A DNA stretch of 40,486 nt from Chiloscyllium plagiosum (taxonomy: Eukaryota), in assembly GCF_004010195.1 (NCBI RefSeq), contig NW_025215363.1:63113-103598 (forward strand), read 5' to 3'. A program made the position numbers and the translations under genes. Under the pieces are notes generated by a model, which was given only the letters and a program-made list of their open reading frames with translations, did not search any database and was not told where the DNA came from. Each line of letters begins with the position of its first letter. The first letter of the stretch is position 1. Of the stretch, positions 22,449 to 34,600 are shown in pieces.

Positions 22449-22705
22449 TAAAAACAATGACTGCAGATGCTGGAAACCAGATTCTGGATCAGTGGTGCTG
22501 GAAGAGCACAGCAATTCAGGCAGCATCCGAGGACTGGCAAAATCGACGTTTCGGGCAAAAGCCCTTCATCAGGAATAAAGGCAGAGAGCCTGAAGCGTGG
22601 AGAGATAAGCTAGAGGAGGGTGGGGGTGGGGAGAGAGTGGCACAGAGTACAATAGGTCAGTGGGGAAGGAGATGAAGGTGATAGGTCAGGGAGGAGAGGG
22701 GGGAG
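22449..22705 (-). mobile_element. Penelope-like element 3' end/pLTR, continuing into an N-gap
   Basis: Homologous to 125-330 (gtggtgctggaa..cacagc..tcaggcagcatccga..aaatcgacgtttcgggcaaaagcccttcatcagga..ggagagataa..gatgaaggtgata). Confidence 0.88.
22541..22576 (-). ncRNA. Minimal type-I hammerhead ribozyme motif (intact core)
   Basis: Minus strand reads AUUC-CUGAUGA-A-GGGC-UUUU-GCCC-GAAAC-GUC-GAUU, with both conserved boxes, a 4-bp stem II, palindromic ACGU at helix III and a GUC cleavage triplet. Confidence 0.8.
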
Positions 22706-23168
22706 NNNNNNNNNNNNNNNNNNNNNNNNNNNNNNNNNNNNNNNNNNNNNNNNNNNNNNNNNNNNNNNNNNNNNNNNNNNNNNNNNNNNNNNNNNNNNNN
22801 NNNNNNNNNNNNNNNNNNNNNNNNNNNNNNNNNNNNNNNNNNNNNNNNNNNNNNNNNNNNNNNNNNNNNNNNNNNNNNNNNNNNNNNNNNNNNNNNNNNN
22901 NNNNNNNNNNNNNNNNNNNNNNNNNNNNNNNNNNNNNNNNNNNNNNNNNNNNNNNNNNNNNNNNNNNNNNNNNNNNNNNNNNNNNNNNNNNNNNNNNNNN
23001 NNNNNNNNNNNNNNNNNNNNNNNNNNNNNNNNNNNNNNNNNNNNNNNNNNNNNNNNNNNNNNNNNNNNNNNNNNNNNNNNNNNNNNNNNNNNNNNNNNNN
23101 NNNNNNNNNNNNNNNNNNNNNNNNNNNNNNNNNNNNNNNNNNNNNNNNNNNNNNNNNNNNNNNNNNNN
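22706..23168. other. Assembly gap (N run)
   Basis: Run of N. Confidence 1.
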
Positions 23169-26100
23169 CGAGAACACAGCTATGGGAGCCTGTCACTAAT
23201 GGACACCAGGAGGGCACGCAGCTGTTGTAACATATTGCTCAAGAGAAGCAGGAGGTGATTACACAGTTATTGGAGCCTTGTACTCAGTGTTAACAGGGGA
23301 GAGCACACATGCATTGGAGTCTATTACCCATGCGCAGCAGGAAAAAATGAAGCTATTGGTGGCTGTTACTCAGGCACAGCAGGTGGAGAGCACACAGCTT
23401 TTAGAGTCTGTTACTCGGGAGAAGCAGGATGACAGCACACAGCTATTCTAGCCTGTTACTCAGGAGCATCAGGAGAGCACAAAGCTATTTGAGCCGGTTA
23501 TCCAGAGGCAGTAGGAGGACAGCGCACAGGTATTGTAGCCTGTGGCTCAGGGGCGGCAGGAGTGCACACAGCTATCGGAGCATGTCACTTAGGGGCCGCA
23601 GGAGTAGAGCACGCAGCTATTGGAGCCTGTTAATTAAGGTCAGCAGGAGGACACAACACAGCTGTTGGAGCCTGTTACTCAGGGGAAGCAGGAGGACAGG
23701 ATGCGCCAATTGGAGCTGGTTATTCGGGGACAACAGGAAGACAGTGCACACCTATTGGAAACTGTTACTCAAAGGCAGCAGGAGAGCACACAGCGAGTGG
23801 AGATTGTTACTCGTGCCAACAGGAGGACAGTGCACAGCTATTGGAGCCTGGTTCCCAGAGTCAGTCGGTGAGCATGCAGCTATTGGAACCTGTTACTCAG
23901 GAGCAGCAGTAGTAGAGTGCACAGCTATTGGAGCCTTATACTGAGGGGCAACAGGAGTAGAGCAAAGAGCTATTTGAGACTGTAACACAGAAGCTGGAGG
24001 AGGAGAATACACAGATATTGACCCTGTTGCTCAGGAGCTGGAGGAGGAGAGCACACAGCTCGAGGAGCCTTTTACGCAGGAGCAGGAGGAGAGCACACAG
24101 GTGTTGTAGTTTGTTACTCAGTGGAAGCAGGAGAATACACAGTCATTGATGCCTGTCACTCAGGGGCAGGACGCGGAGAGAAGACAGGTATTGTATCCTG
24201 TGACTCAGGAGCAGGAGGAGAGCACACTGCTATAGCAGTTTTTTCAGCAGCAGAAGGAGGAGAGCACAAAGCTATGTAAGACTATTACTCCGGGGCAGGA
24301 GGAGAGCCCACAGCTATTCGACCTTGTTACTCAGCAACAGTAGGAGAGAACGCAGTTATTGGAGCCTGTTACTCAGGAGCAGCAGGAGGAGAGCACACAG
24401 CTATTGGAGCCTATTACTTAGGGAAAACTGGAGGAGAGTACATAGCTATTGGAGTCTGTTGCTCAGCAGCAGCAGGAGGAGAGCAGACAGCTACTGGAGC
24501 ATATTATTTAGGAGCAGGATGGGAGCACACAGGTATTAGAGCCGGTTACTCAGGGAAAACTGGAGTAGAGTACATAGCTATTGGAGACTGTTGCTCAGGA
24601 GCAGGAGGAGAGCACAAATCTATTCGACCCTGTGCTCAGACGCAGCAGGCGGAGAGCACAGCTATTGGAACCTGTTACTCAGGGACAACAGGAGGAGCGC
24701 ACGCAGCTATTATATCCTGTTACTCAGGAGCAGCAGGAGGAGAGTACACACCTGTTGGATCCTTTTACTCACGGACAGGAGCAGAGCATGGAGCTATTCA
24801 AACCTGTTACTCAGTGGCAACAGGTAGACAGCACACACCTGTTGGAGCCTGTTCCTCAGGGACAGGAAGAGAGCAAACAGATATTGGAGCCATTTAATCA
24901 GCAGCAGCAGGAGGAGAGAACACACCTATTGGACCCTTTTATTCAGCCGCAGCAGAAGAGTACACATCCATTAGGGCCTGTTACTCAGGAGCAGCAGAAA
25001 GAGTGCTACCAGCTATTGGAACCTGTTAGCAGGAGAGCACATAGATATTGGAGCCTGTGACTCATGGGCAGAAGGTGAGGACACAGCATATACAGCCTGT
25101 TAGTCAGCAGCAGCAGAAGGCGAGAACACAGCTATGGGAGCCTGTCACTAATGGACACCAGGAGGGCACGCAGCTGTTGTAACATATTGCTCAAGAGAAG
25201 CAGGAGGTGATTACACAGTTATTGGAGCCTTGTACTCAGTGTTAACAGGGGAGAGCACACATGCATTGGAGTCTATTACCCATGCGCAGCGAGCATGTCA
25301 CTTAGGGGCCGCAGGAGTAGAGCACGCAGCTATTGGAGCCTGTTAATTAAGGTCAGCAGGAGGACACAACACAGCTGTTGGAGCCTGTTACTTAGGGTCA
25401 GCAGGTGGCGAGCACACTGCTATTGATGATATTTACCCCAGTGCAGCAGAAGGAGAGCACACAGCTATTGTAGGCTGTATTCAGGGTCAGCAGCAGAGCA
25501 TGCAGCTACTGGAGCCTATTACTCAGTGTAGCAGGAAGAGAACATGCAGCGATCTGAGCATCTTTCTCAGGAGCGGTAGGAGGATGACACATACCTATTG
25601 GAGCCTGTTACTCAGGGGCAGCAGAAGGCCAGCATTTAGCTATTGGAGCCTGGTTGGCAGCGGCAGCAGCAGAGCATACAGCTATTGGAGCCTGTTGCTC
25701 AGCCACACCAGAAGGGCACACAACTGATTGGTGCTTGATACTCAGGGGAAGCCGGAGGAGAGGACACATCTATTGGAGCCTGTTACTCAGGGCAGCATTT
25801 GGTGAACACACAGCTATTGGAGCCATTTATTCAAGGGCAGCAGGAGCATAGCATGCAGCTATTGTAGCCCTATACTCAGGATCAAAGGCAGAGCATGCAG
25901 CTATTGGAGCCTGTTACTCAGGGTAGCAGAAGGAGAGCACACACCTACTGTAGCCTGTTATTCAGGGACAGCAGGAGGACAGCATTCATGTATTGGTGCT
26001 TGGGACGCAGTGGCAGGAGAAGAGCATGCAGCTATTGGAGCCTTTACCGCAGGAGCAGCTGGAGAAAACACAGCTGCTGGAGCGTGCTGCTTATGAGAGG

Positions 26101-27064
26101 GGGAGGAGAGCACACACTGTTGGAGCCTTTTGTCAGGGGCCACAGGAAAGCACAGTAACAGGAAACCACAGGAAAGTATTGGGCCCTGTTACTCAGGAGA
26201 AGGAGGTGGAGGCACACACCTGTCAGGAGGAGAGCATACAGCTATTCGAGCCTGTTGCTCAGGGGCAGCAGCAGAACACACATCTATTGGAGCCTGTTAC
26301 TCAGGAGAAGCAGGCGGGAGCAAACAGCAATTTTAGCGTGTTTCTCTGGCTCATCTGGAGAGCACACAGCAATTGGAGCTTGTCACTCAGCGGCAGGAGG
26401 AGGAGAGCAGACAGGTATTGGAGCCTTTTCGTCAGGAGCAGAAGGGGTGCACACGTATTGGAGTCTTTTACTCAGGGGCAACAGGAGGACAGCACACAGC
26501 TATTGGAGCCTGTTATTCGGGGCAGCATCAGGTGAACACCCAGCTTTGGAGCCATTTACTCATGGGCAGCAGGAGCACAGCACACATCTATTTTAGCACT
26601 CGACTCCGTGTCAATGGCAGGACATGAAGCTATTGGAGCCTGATACCCAGGGTAGCAGGGAGAGAGCATGCAGGTATTGGAGCCTCTTTCTCAGAAGCAG
26701 CAGGAGACGAGCACACACCTATTGGAGCTGGTGACTCAGGGGCAGCAAGAGGAGAGCACACAGCTAGTGAAGCCTGTTACTCACGAGCATCATGAGGACA
26801 ACATTTATCTATTGGAGCCTGGCACGCAGCGGCACCAGAAGAGCATGCAGCTATTAGCCAGTTCATCAGGACCCACCACAGCTATTGGACCCTTTACTCA
26901 GGAGCAGCAGGACAGCGCATAGCTGTTGCAGCCTGCTTGTCGGGGGCAGCAGGAGAGGACAACATAAATTGGACCTAGTTGCTCTGAGCAGCAGGTGGAG
27001 AGCACACAGCTATTAGAGTCTGTTACTCCGGAGAAGCAGGAAGACAGCACACAGTTTTTTTTTA

Positions 27065-27378
27065 ATTAGATTAGATTACTTACAGTGTGGAAACAGGCCC
27101 TTCGGCCCAACAAGTCCACATTGCCCCGCCTAAGCGCAACCCACCCATTCCCCTACAAGTACCCCTTACCTAACACCACGGGCAATTTAGCATGGCCAAT
27201 TCACCTAACCTGCACATCTTTGGACAGTGGGAGGAAACCGGAGCACCCGGAGGAAACCCACGCAGACACAGGGAGAACGTGCAAACTCCACACAGTCAGT
27301 CGCCTGAGGCGGGAATTTAACCCGGGTCTCTGGCGCTGTGAGGCAGCAGTGCTAACCACTGTGCCACCGTGCCGCCCA
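27065..27378 (-). mobile_element. HE1-type tRNA-derived V-SINE, full length
   Basis: Head gggcggcacggtggcacagtggttagcactgctgcctcacagcgcc; A box TGGCACAGTGG (27356-27366); B box GGTTAAATTCC (27312-27322); V-domain tgtgtggagtttgcacgttctccc..gtgggtttcctccgggtgctccggtttcctcccac; LINE-like tail gggccgaagggcctgtttcc + (TCTAA)n. Confidence 0.93.
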
Positions 27379-28228
27379 CTAAGAGCATCAGGAGAGCACA
27401 AATGTATTGCACCTGGTTACCCAGAGGTAGGAGGAGGACAGCGCACAGCTATTGGAGTCTGTTAATCAGGGTCAGCAGGAGGAGAGCACACAGCTATTGG
27501 AACCTGTTACTCAGGGACAGTAGGAGGTGAGTAGACATGTATTGGAGCCTGTTACACGGGGGCAGCAGGATGCGAGCACACTGTTATTGGATCAATTTAC
27601 TCCAGGGCAGCAGGAGGACAGCACACAGCTCATGGACTCTGTTACCATGGGGCAGCAGAAGAGCATACAGGTATTGGAGCCTGTTACTCAGAAGCAGGAG
27701 GAGGAGAGCACACACCTGTTGGATCCTTTTACTCAGGAACAGGAGGCGAGCATACAGCTATACGAGCCTGTTTTTCAGGGGCAGCAGGCAGAGAGATCAC
27801 ACCTATGGGAACTGGTTACTCTGAGGCAGCAGGAGGAGAGCATTCAGCTATTGGAGACGGTACGCAGGAGCAGCCAGAGAAAACACACTTATTGGAGCCT
27901 GTAACTCACGAGCATCAGGTGAAAAAACAGCTATTGAAGCCTGTTTCTCATGAGATTTGGAGGAGAACACACAACTGTTGGAGCCTGTTTGTCTGGGGCA
28001 GCAGGAGAACACACAGGTATTGGAGCCTGTTACTCATGGTCAGGGGTTGAGCACACAGCTTTTGCAGCCTGTTAGTCAGCAGCAGCTGGAGGCAAGAGCA
28101 CAGCTACGGCAGCCTGACACTCAGGGACACCAGGAGAGTACATAGCGTTTAGAACATAGAACATAGAACAGTACAGCCCTTTAGCCCACGATGTTGTGCC
28201 GACCACTGATCCTCATGTATGCACCTTC

Positions 28229-30655
28229 AAATTTCTGTGACCATATGCATGTCCAGCAGTCTCTTAAATGTCCCCAATGACCTTGTTCCACAACTGCTGC
28301 TGGCAACGCATTCCATGCTCTCACAACTCTCTGTGTAAAGAACCCGCCTCTGACATCCCCTCTATACTGTCCTCCAACCAGCTTAAAACTATGACCCCTC
28401 ATGTTAGCCATTTCTGCCCTGGGATATCGACTCTATCTGTGCCTCTCATTATCTTGTATACCTCAATTAGGTCCCCTTTCCGTCAACCTGTCTTCATAAG
28501 ATAAGCCCTCCAGTCCAGGCAGCATCCTGGTGAACCTCCTCTGAACCCTCTCCAAAGCATCCACATCTCTCCTATAATAGGGCGACCAGAACTGGACGCA
28601 GTATTCCAAGTGCGGTCTAACCAAAGTTTTATAGAGCTGCAACAAGATCTCACGACTCTTAAACTCAATACCCCTGTTAATGAAAGCCAAAATACCATAT
28701 GCTTTCTTAACAATCCTGTCCACTTGGGTGGCCACTTTAAGGGATCTATGTACCTGCACACCAAGATCCCTCTGTTCCTCCTCACTGCCAAGAATCCTAT
28801 CCTTAATCCTGCACTCAGCTTCATCTCGCATTTATCCAGGTTGAACTCCATCTGCCTCCTATCAGCCCATCTCTGCATCCTGTCAATGTCCCGCTGCAGC
28901 CTACAACAGCCCTCTATACTGTCAACCGACACCTCCAACGTTTGTGTAGTCTGCAAACTTGCTGACCCATCCTTCAATCCCCTCATCCAAGTCAATAACT
29001 AAAATTACAAACACCAGAGGCCCAAGGACAGAGCCCCGTGGAACACCACTCACCACAGACTTCCAGGCAGAAATATTTTCCTTCGACAGCCACTCGCTGT
29101 CTTCTGTTGGCCAGCCAATTCTGTATCCAGACAGCTAAGTTCCCATGTATCCCTTTACTCCTGACCTTCTGAATGAGCCTACCATGGGGAACCTTATCAA
29201 ATGCCTTGATGAAGTCCATATACACCACATCCACAGCTCGACCCTCATGAACTTTTCTAGTCACATCCTCAAAGAATTCGAGAAGGTTTATGAGGCATGA
29301 CCTGCCCCTCACAAAGCCGTATTGACTGCATTTAATCAAGTCATGCTCTTTTAGATGGTCATAAATCCTATCCCTCAGAATCCTTTCTGACACCTTGCAG
29401 ATGACAGACGTGACACTTACTGGTCTGTAATTGCCAGAGATTTCCCTATTTCCTTTCTTGAAGAGAGGAATTACATTTGCCTCCCTCCAGTCCTCAGGTA
29501 CGACTCCAGTGGAGAGCGAGGATGCAAAGATCTTCGCAAGTGGCGAAGCAATTGCATTTCTCGTTTCCCAAAGCAGCCGAGGACAAATCTGGTCCAGGCC
29601 TGGCGATTTGTCAATCTTAATGTTTGACAAAATGTTCAGCACATCAGCTTCCTCTATCTCTATCAATTCCAGCACGCACACCTGCTCTTCAAAGGTTTCA
29701 TTCACTACAAAGTTAGTTTCTTTTGTGAAGACAGAAGCAAAAAACTTATTTAGGGCTTCCCCTCCCTCCTCAGACTCCACACACANNNNNNNNNNNNNNN
29801 NNNNNNNNNNNNNNNNNNNNNNNNNNNNNNNNNNNNNNNNNNNNNNNNNNNNNNNNNNNNNNNNNNNNNNNNNNNNNNNNNNNNNNNNNNNNNNNNNNNN
29901 NNNNNNNNNNNNNNNNNNNNNNNNNNNNNNNNNNNNNNNNNNNNNNNNNNNNNNNNNNNNNNNNNNNNNNNNNNNNNNNNNNNNNNNNNNNNNNNNNNNN
30001 NNNNNNNNNNNNNNNNNNNNNNNNNNNNNNNNNNNNNNNNNNNNNNNNNNNNNNNNNNNNNNNNNNNNNNNNNNNNNNNNNNNNNNNNNNNNNNNNNNNN
30101 NNNNNNNNNNNNNNNNNNNNNNNNNNNNNNNNNNNNNNNNNNNNNNNNNNNNNNNNNNNNNNNNNNNNNNNNNNNNNNNNNNNNNNNNNNNNNNNNNNNN
30201 NNNNNNNNNNNNNNNNNNNNNNNNNNNNNNNNNNNNNNNNNNNNNNNNNNNNNNNNNNNNNNNNNNNNNNNNNNNNNNNNNNNNNNNNNNNNNNNNNNNN
30301 NNNNNNNNNNNNNNNNNNNNNGGGGGGCCTGTAGTAAACCCCTAACGAGGTGACTGTTCCCTTGCTATTCCTAATTTCCATCCATACTGACTCGGTAGGA
30401 AGATCTTCCTTGACAATAGAAGCTTCTGTAGCTGTGATACCCTCTCTGATTAGTAGTGCTACACCCCCTCCTCTTTTCCCCCCTCCCTATTCTTTTTCAA
30501 TGCTCTAAACCCTGGAACATCCAGCAACCCTCCTGCCCATGAGAAACCCATGTCACTGTTATGGCCACATCATAGCACCAGGTACTGATCCATGCTCTAA
30601 GTTCATCACTTTTATTCCTGATACTCCTTGCGTTAAAGCAAACACACTTGAACTG
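28229..30655 (-). pseudogene. CR1 ORF2 (APE endonuclease + reverse transcriptase), frameshifted and spanning an N-gap
   Basis: FKCVCFNARSIRNKSDEL; LGVYYRPP; KSPGLDQI..PEDWREANVIPLFKKG..NYRPVSVTS..QYGFVRGRSCLINL..VDVVYMDFIKAFDKVPH; SKFADYT (catalytic FADD changed to FADY); LYKTLVRPHLEYCVQFWSP..LERVQRRFTRM. Confidence 0.93.
29786..30321. other. Assembly gap (N run) inside the CR1
   Basis: Run of N. Confidence 1.
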
Positions 30656-30774
30656 ATCCCTTTGTTCCTTTCCAGGAAAATCCTTCCCACTCGCTAGTCT
30701 ACCTCTTGCTATTGCCTCATCTCCAACAACTCTCACCTCCGGTATACAGCTCAGGTTCCCACCCCCCTGCCATA

Positions 30775-31691
30775 TTAGTTTAAATCGTCTCGAACTACTC
30801 GAGCAAACCTTCCACCCAGGACATTGGTCCCCTTCCAGTTCAGATGCAACCCGTCCTTCTTGTACAGGTCCCACCTTCCCCAGAAGGCATCCCAATTATC
30901 TACATATCTGAAGCCCTCCCTCCTACACCAGCTGCACAGCCACATGTTAAGCTTCGCCCGCTTCCTGTTCCTCGCCTCGCTATCTCGTGGCACCGGTAAT
31001 AAACTAGAGAACACCACTCTGCTCGTCCTGCTTCGCAGCTTCCATCCTAACTCCCTGAAATCACTTTTTATATCCTCGATCCTTTTCCTCGCTTTGTCAT
31101 TAGTGTCAATATGTAACACAATTTCTGTCTATTCGCCCTCCCCTTTTAGAACCTTATACACCCGTTGGAGACGTCCCGGACCCTTGCACCAGGGAGGCAA
31201 CATACCTTCTGGGCATTCCGATCCTGACCACAAAATTTCCTATCGATTCCCCTAACTATCGAGTCCCCTACCATGAGTAGTTTCTATTCTTTGCCACAGT
31301 GTCAGGCTCAGTGCCAGAGAACTGACTAATATAGCTTTCCTCTGGTAGGTCATCCCCCCAGCAGTATCCAAAACGGTATACTTATTGCTGAGAGGAATGT
31401 CCACAGGGGATCTCTGCACTGTCTGCCTGTCCCCTTTCCTCCCCCTATCTGTAACCCATCTATCCTTGTCCTGAGCCTTAGGAGCGACCATCTCCTGGTA
31501 ACTCCTCTCAATTACCCCCTCAGCCTCGCGAATGATCCGAAGTTCATCCAGCTCCAGCTCCAATTCCTTAACACGGTTTTCAAGGAGCTGGAGTTGGGTG
31601 CACTTCCCGCAGATGTAGCCAGCGGAGAGTGTGCCATGTCTCCCACCTGCCACATTCAGCAGGAGGAGCAAGCAACTGCCCTAGCATCCAT
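30775..31691 (-). pseudogene. CR1 ORF1 (Zn-finger/coiled-coil + SGNH esterase), disrupted
   Basis: MDARAVACSSC*..YICGKCTQLQLLENRVKELELELDELRIIRE..PLSNKYTVLD..GDSIVRG..HIDTND..FWGRWDLYKKDGLHLNWKGTNVLGGRF..DDLN*. Confidence 0.88.
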
Positions 31692-34600
31692 ACCCCACTT
31701 ACCTGAACACCCACTCAGTACTACAGTAGAAAGCTTAGTTCAAGTTGCTAAAAATTAATAACAAATTTTTACTCAATAGAGGAAGTTTAGAATGAACCTT
31801 ACCTTATTAACTAGGTTAGAGGAGGAGTGCGGGTGGGAGACATGACAGTTGTAGAGTCTCGGGTTTAGCCGCCTTGCTGATATATATGGTCACTGCTTTC
31901 GTTTCTGGCTGCCCCTCTGATCCTCGTCACTTCCCCCGCTGCTCCCGCTCCTTCTGTGAAAGGGAAAACACCGCCGTCCGCTACCGGTAAGTAATTTTTT
32001 CTTTAAAAACTGCCTTACCTTAGCTGCAGTCTTCCGGGTTCGTCTTACCTCCGCTGCTGCTCGCACTCACTTTTGGAACATGTTTCTCAAGAGCATCAGG
32101 TGGAGATTACACAGCTTTTGGAGTCTGGTACTCCGTGGCAAAAGGAGAAAGCACACATGTAATGGAGCCTGTTATCAGGAGCAGCATCAGGTGAACACAG
32201 CTATTGGAGCCAATTAATCACGTGCAGCAGGAGCACAGCACACAGCTATTGTCGCCCTGCACTCCATGTCAAAGGCAGAGCATGCAGCTATTGGAGCCTG
32301 TTACTCTGGGTAGCAGGAAGAGAGCATGCAGCTATTGGAGTCTCTTACTCAGAAGCAGCAGCAGGCGAGCACACACTTATTAGTGCCGGTTACTCAGGGG
32401 CAGCAGGAGGAGAGCACGCAGCAAGTGAAGCCTTGTTACTCAGGGGCAGCAGGAGGACAGCATTCAGCTATTGGAGACTGGTACGCAGGAGCAGGCAGAG
32501 GAAACACATCTATTGAAGCTGTTACTCAGAAGCGGCAGGAGAGCACGCAGCTATTGGAGCATGTTACTCATGAATGGGGGAGATGAGCAGACAGCTGTTG
32601 CAGCCTGTTTGGCAGGGGCAACAGGAGAGCACAACTGGAAGTGGATCCTGTTGCTCTGGGACAGCAGGTGGACAGCACACAGCTATTAGAGTCTGTTAAT
32701 CCGGAGCAGCAGGAAGACAGCAAACAACTATTCCAACCTGTTACGCAGGAGCATCAGCAGAGCACAAATTTATTGCAGCCGGTTACCCAGAGGCAAGAGG
32801 AGGCGAGCACACAGCTATTGGAGCCTGTTACTCAGGGTCACCAGGAGATGAGTAGATATGTATTGGAGCCTATTGCACGGGGGCAGCAGGAGGAGAGCAC
32901 ACTGTTATAGGATCAATTTACTCAAGGTCAGCAGGAGGACAGCACACAGCTCTTGGAGCCTGTTATCCTGGGGCAGCAGGAGAACACACATTCTTTAGGA
33001 GCCTGTTTCTGAGGGGCAGCAGGAGAGCACACAGGTATTGAAGCCTGTTACTCAGGAGCGGAGGAGGAGAGCACACACCTGTTGGATCGTTTTACTCAGT
33101 GACAGGAGGCGAGCATATAGCTATCCGAGCCTGTTACTCAGGGGCAGCAGGTGGAGCGTTCGCACCTATGGGAACTGGTTACTCTGAGGCAGCAGGAGGA
33201 GAGCATTCAGGTATTGGAGCCTGGTACGCAGGAGCAGCCAGAGAAAATACACTTATTGGAGCCTGTAACTCACGAGCGGCAGGAGAACAAACAGTTAGTG
33301 GAGCCTTTTTTTTCTGGGGCAGCAGGAGAACACACAGGTATTGGAGCCTGCGACTTATGGTCAGGAGACGAGCACACAGATTTTGCAACCTCTTAGTCAG
33401 CAGCAGCTGGAGGCGAGAGCACAGCTACAAGAGCCTGATACTCAGGGACATCAGGTGAGTACACAGCTTTTGGAGCATGTTTCTCAAGAGCATCAGGTGG
33501 AGATTACAGAGCTATTGGAGCCTGGTACTCAGTGGCAAAAGGAGAAAGCACACATGTAATGGAGCCTGTTACTCAGGAGCAGCATCAGGAGAACACACAG
33601 CTATTGGAGCCAATTAATCACATGCAGCAGGAGCACAGCACACAGCTATTGTAGCCCTGCACTCCATGTCAAAGGCATGAACATGCAGCTATTGGAGCCT
33701 GTTACTCAGAAGCAGCAGGAGACAAGCACACACCTATTGGAGCCGGTTACTCAGGGGTAGCAGGAGGAGAGCATACAGCTAGTGAAGCCTGTTACTCAGG
33801 GGCAGCAGGAGGACAGCATTCAGCTATTGGAGCCTGGTACACAGGAGCAGCCAGAGAAAACACACTTGGAGCCTGTTACTCACGAGCGTCAGGAGAACAA
33901 ACAGCTATTGGAGCCTGTTCCTCATGTGAGGGGGAGGAGAGCACACAGCAGTCGGAGCCTGTTTGTCTGGGGCAGCAGGAGACCATGCAGGTATTAGAGC
34001 TTGTTACTCAGGAGCAGGAGGAGGAGAGCACGCACCTGTTGGATCCTTTTACTCAGGGACAGGTGTAGAGCATATAGCTATTCGAACCTTTACCTCGGGG
34101 CAGCAGGCCGAGGGCACGCATCTATGGGAGTCTGTTATCCAGGGGCATCAGGAGGACAGCATTCAGCTATTGGAGCCTGTTACGCAGTGGCATCAGCAGT
34201 GCATGAGGCAATTGGAGCCTGTTCCTCAGGAGCGGCAGGAGAGCACACACCTGTTGGAGACTGTTACTCAGAGACAGGAGGAGAGCAAACAGATATTGGA
34301 GCCTTTTAATCAGCAGCAGCAGGAGGAGAGAACACACCTATTGGACCCTTTTACTCAACCGCAACAGGAGAGCACACATCTAATAAAGCCTGTTACTCAG
34401 GAGCATCTGAAAGCGAGCCACCAGCTGCTGGAGCCTGTTACTACGGAGCAGCAGGAGAGCACACAGATATTGCAGCCTGTGACTCATTGGCAGGAGGTGA
34501 GCCCACAGCTTTTGCAGTCTATTAGTCAGCAGCAGCAGGAGGTGAGAACACAACTATGGAAGCCTGTCACTCATGGACACCTGGAGAGCACACAGCTATT

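Larger units (their letters stand above)
28151..32070 (-). mobile_element. Near full-length but inactivated CR1-clade (HER1-like) LINE
   Basis: Contains a 5'UTR (~31692-32070), ORF1, ORF2 APE and RT, and a 3' end gggctaaagggctgtactgttctatgttctatgttct with an (ATGTTCT)n tail. Both flanks are type-B satellite. Confidence 0.95.

Noticed and set aside
27300..27378. Stand-alone tRNA gene
   Set aside because: The A/B boxes are the head of the HE1 SINE and run directly into the V-domain.
12024..30381. Long ORFs containing X runs (12024, 12065, 12144, 22657, 22660, 22686, 29431, 29770)
   Set aside because: Artefacts of translating through N-gaps.
28151..32070. Active autonomous LINE
   Set aside because: ORF1 has an early stop and frameshifts. 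ORF2 has frameshifts, deletions and FADY in place of the catalytic FADD.
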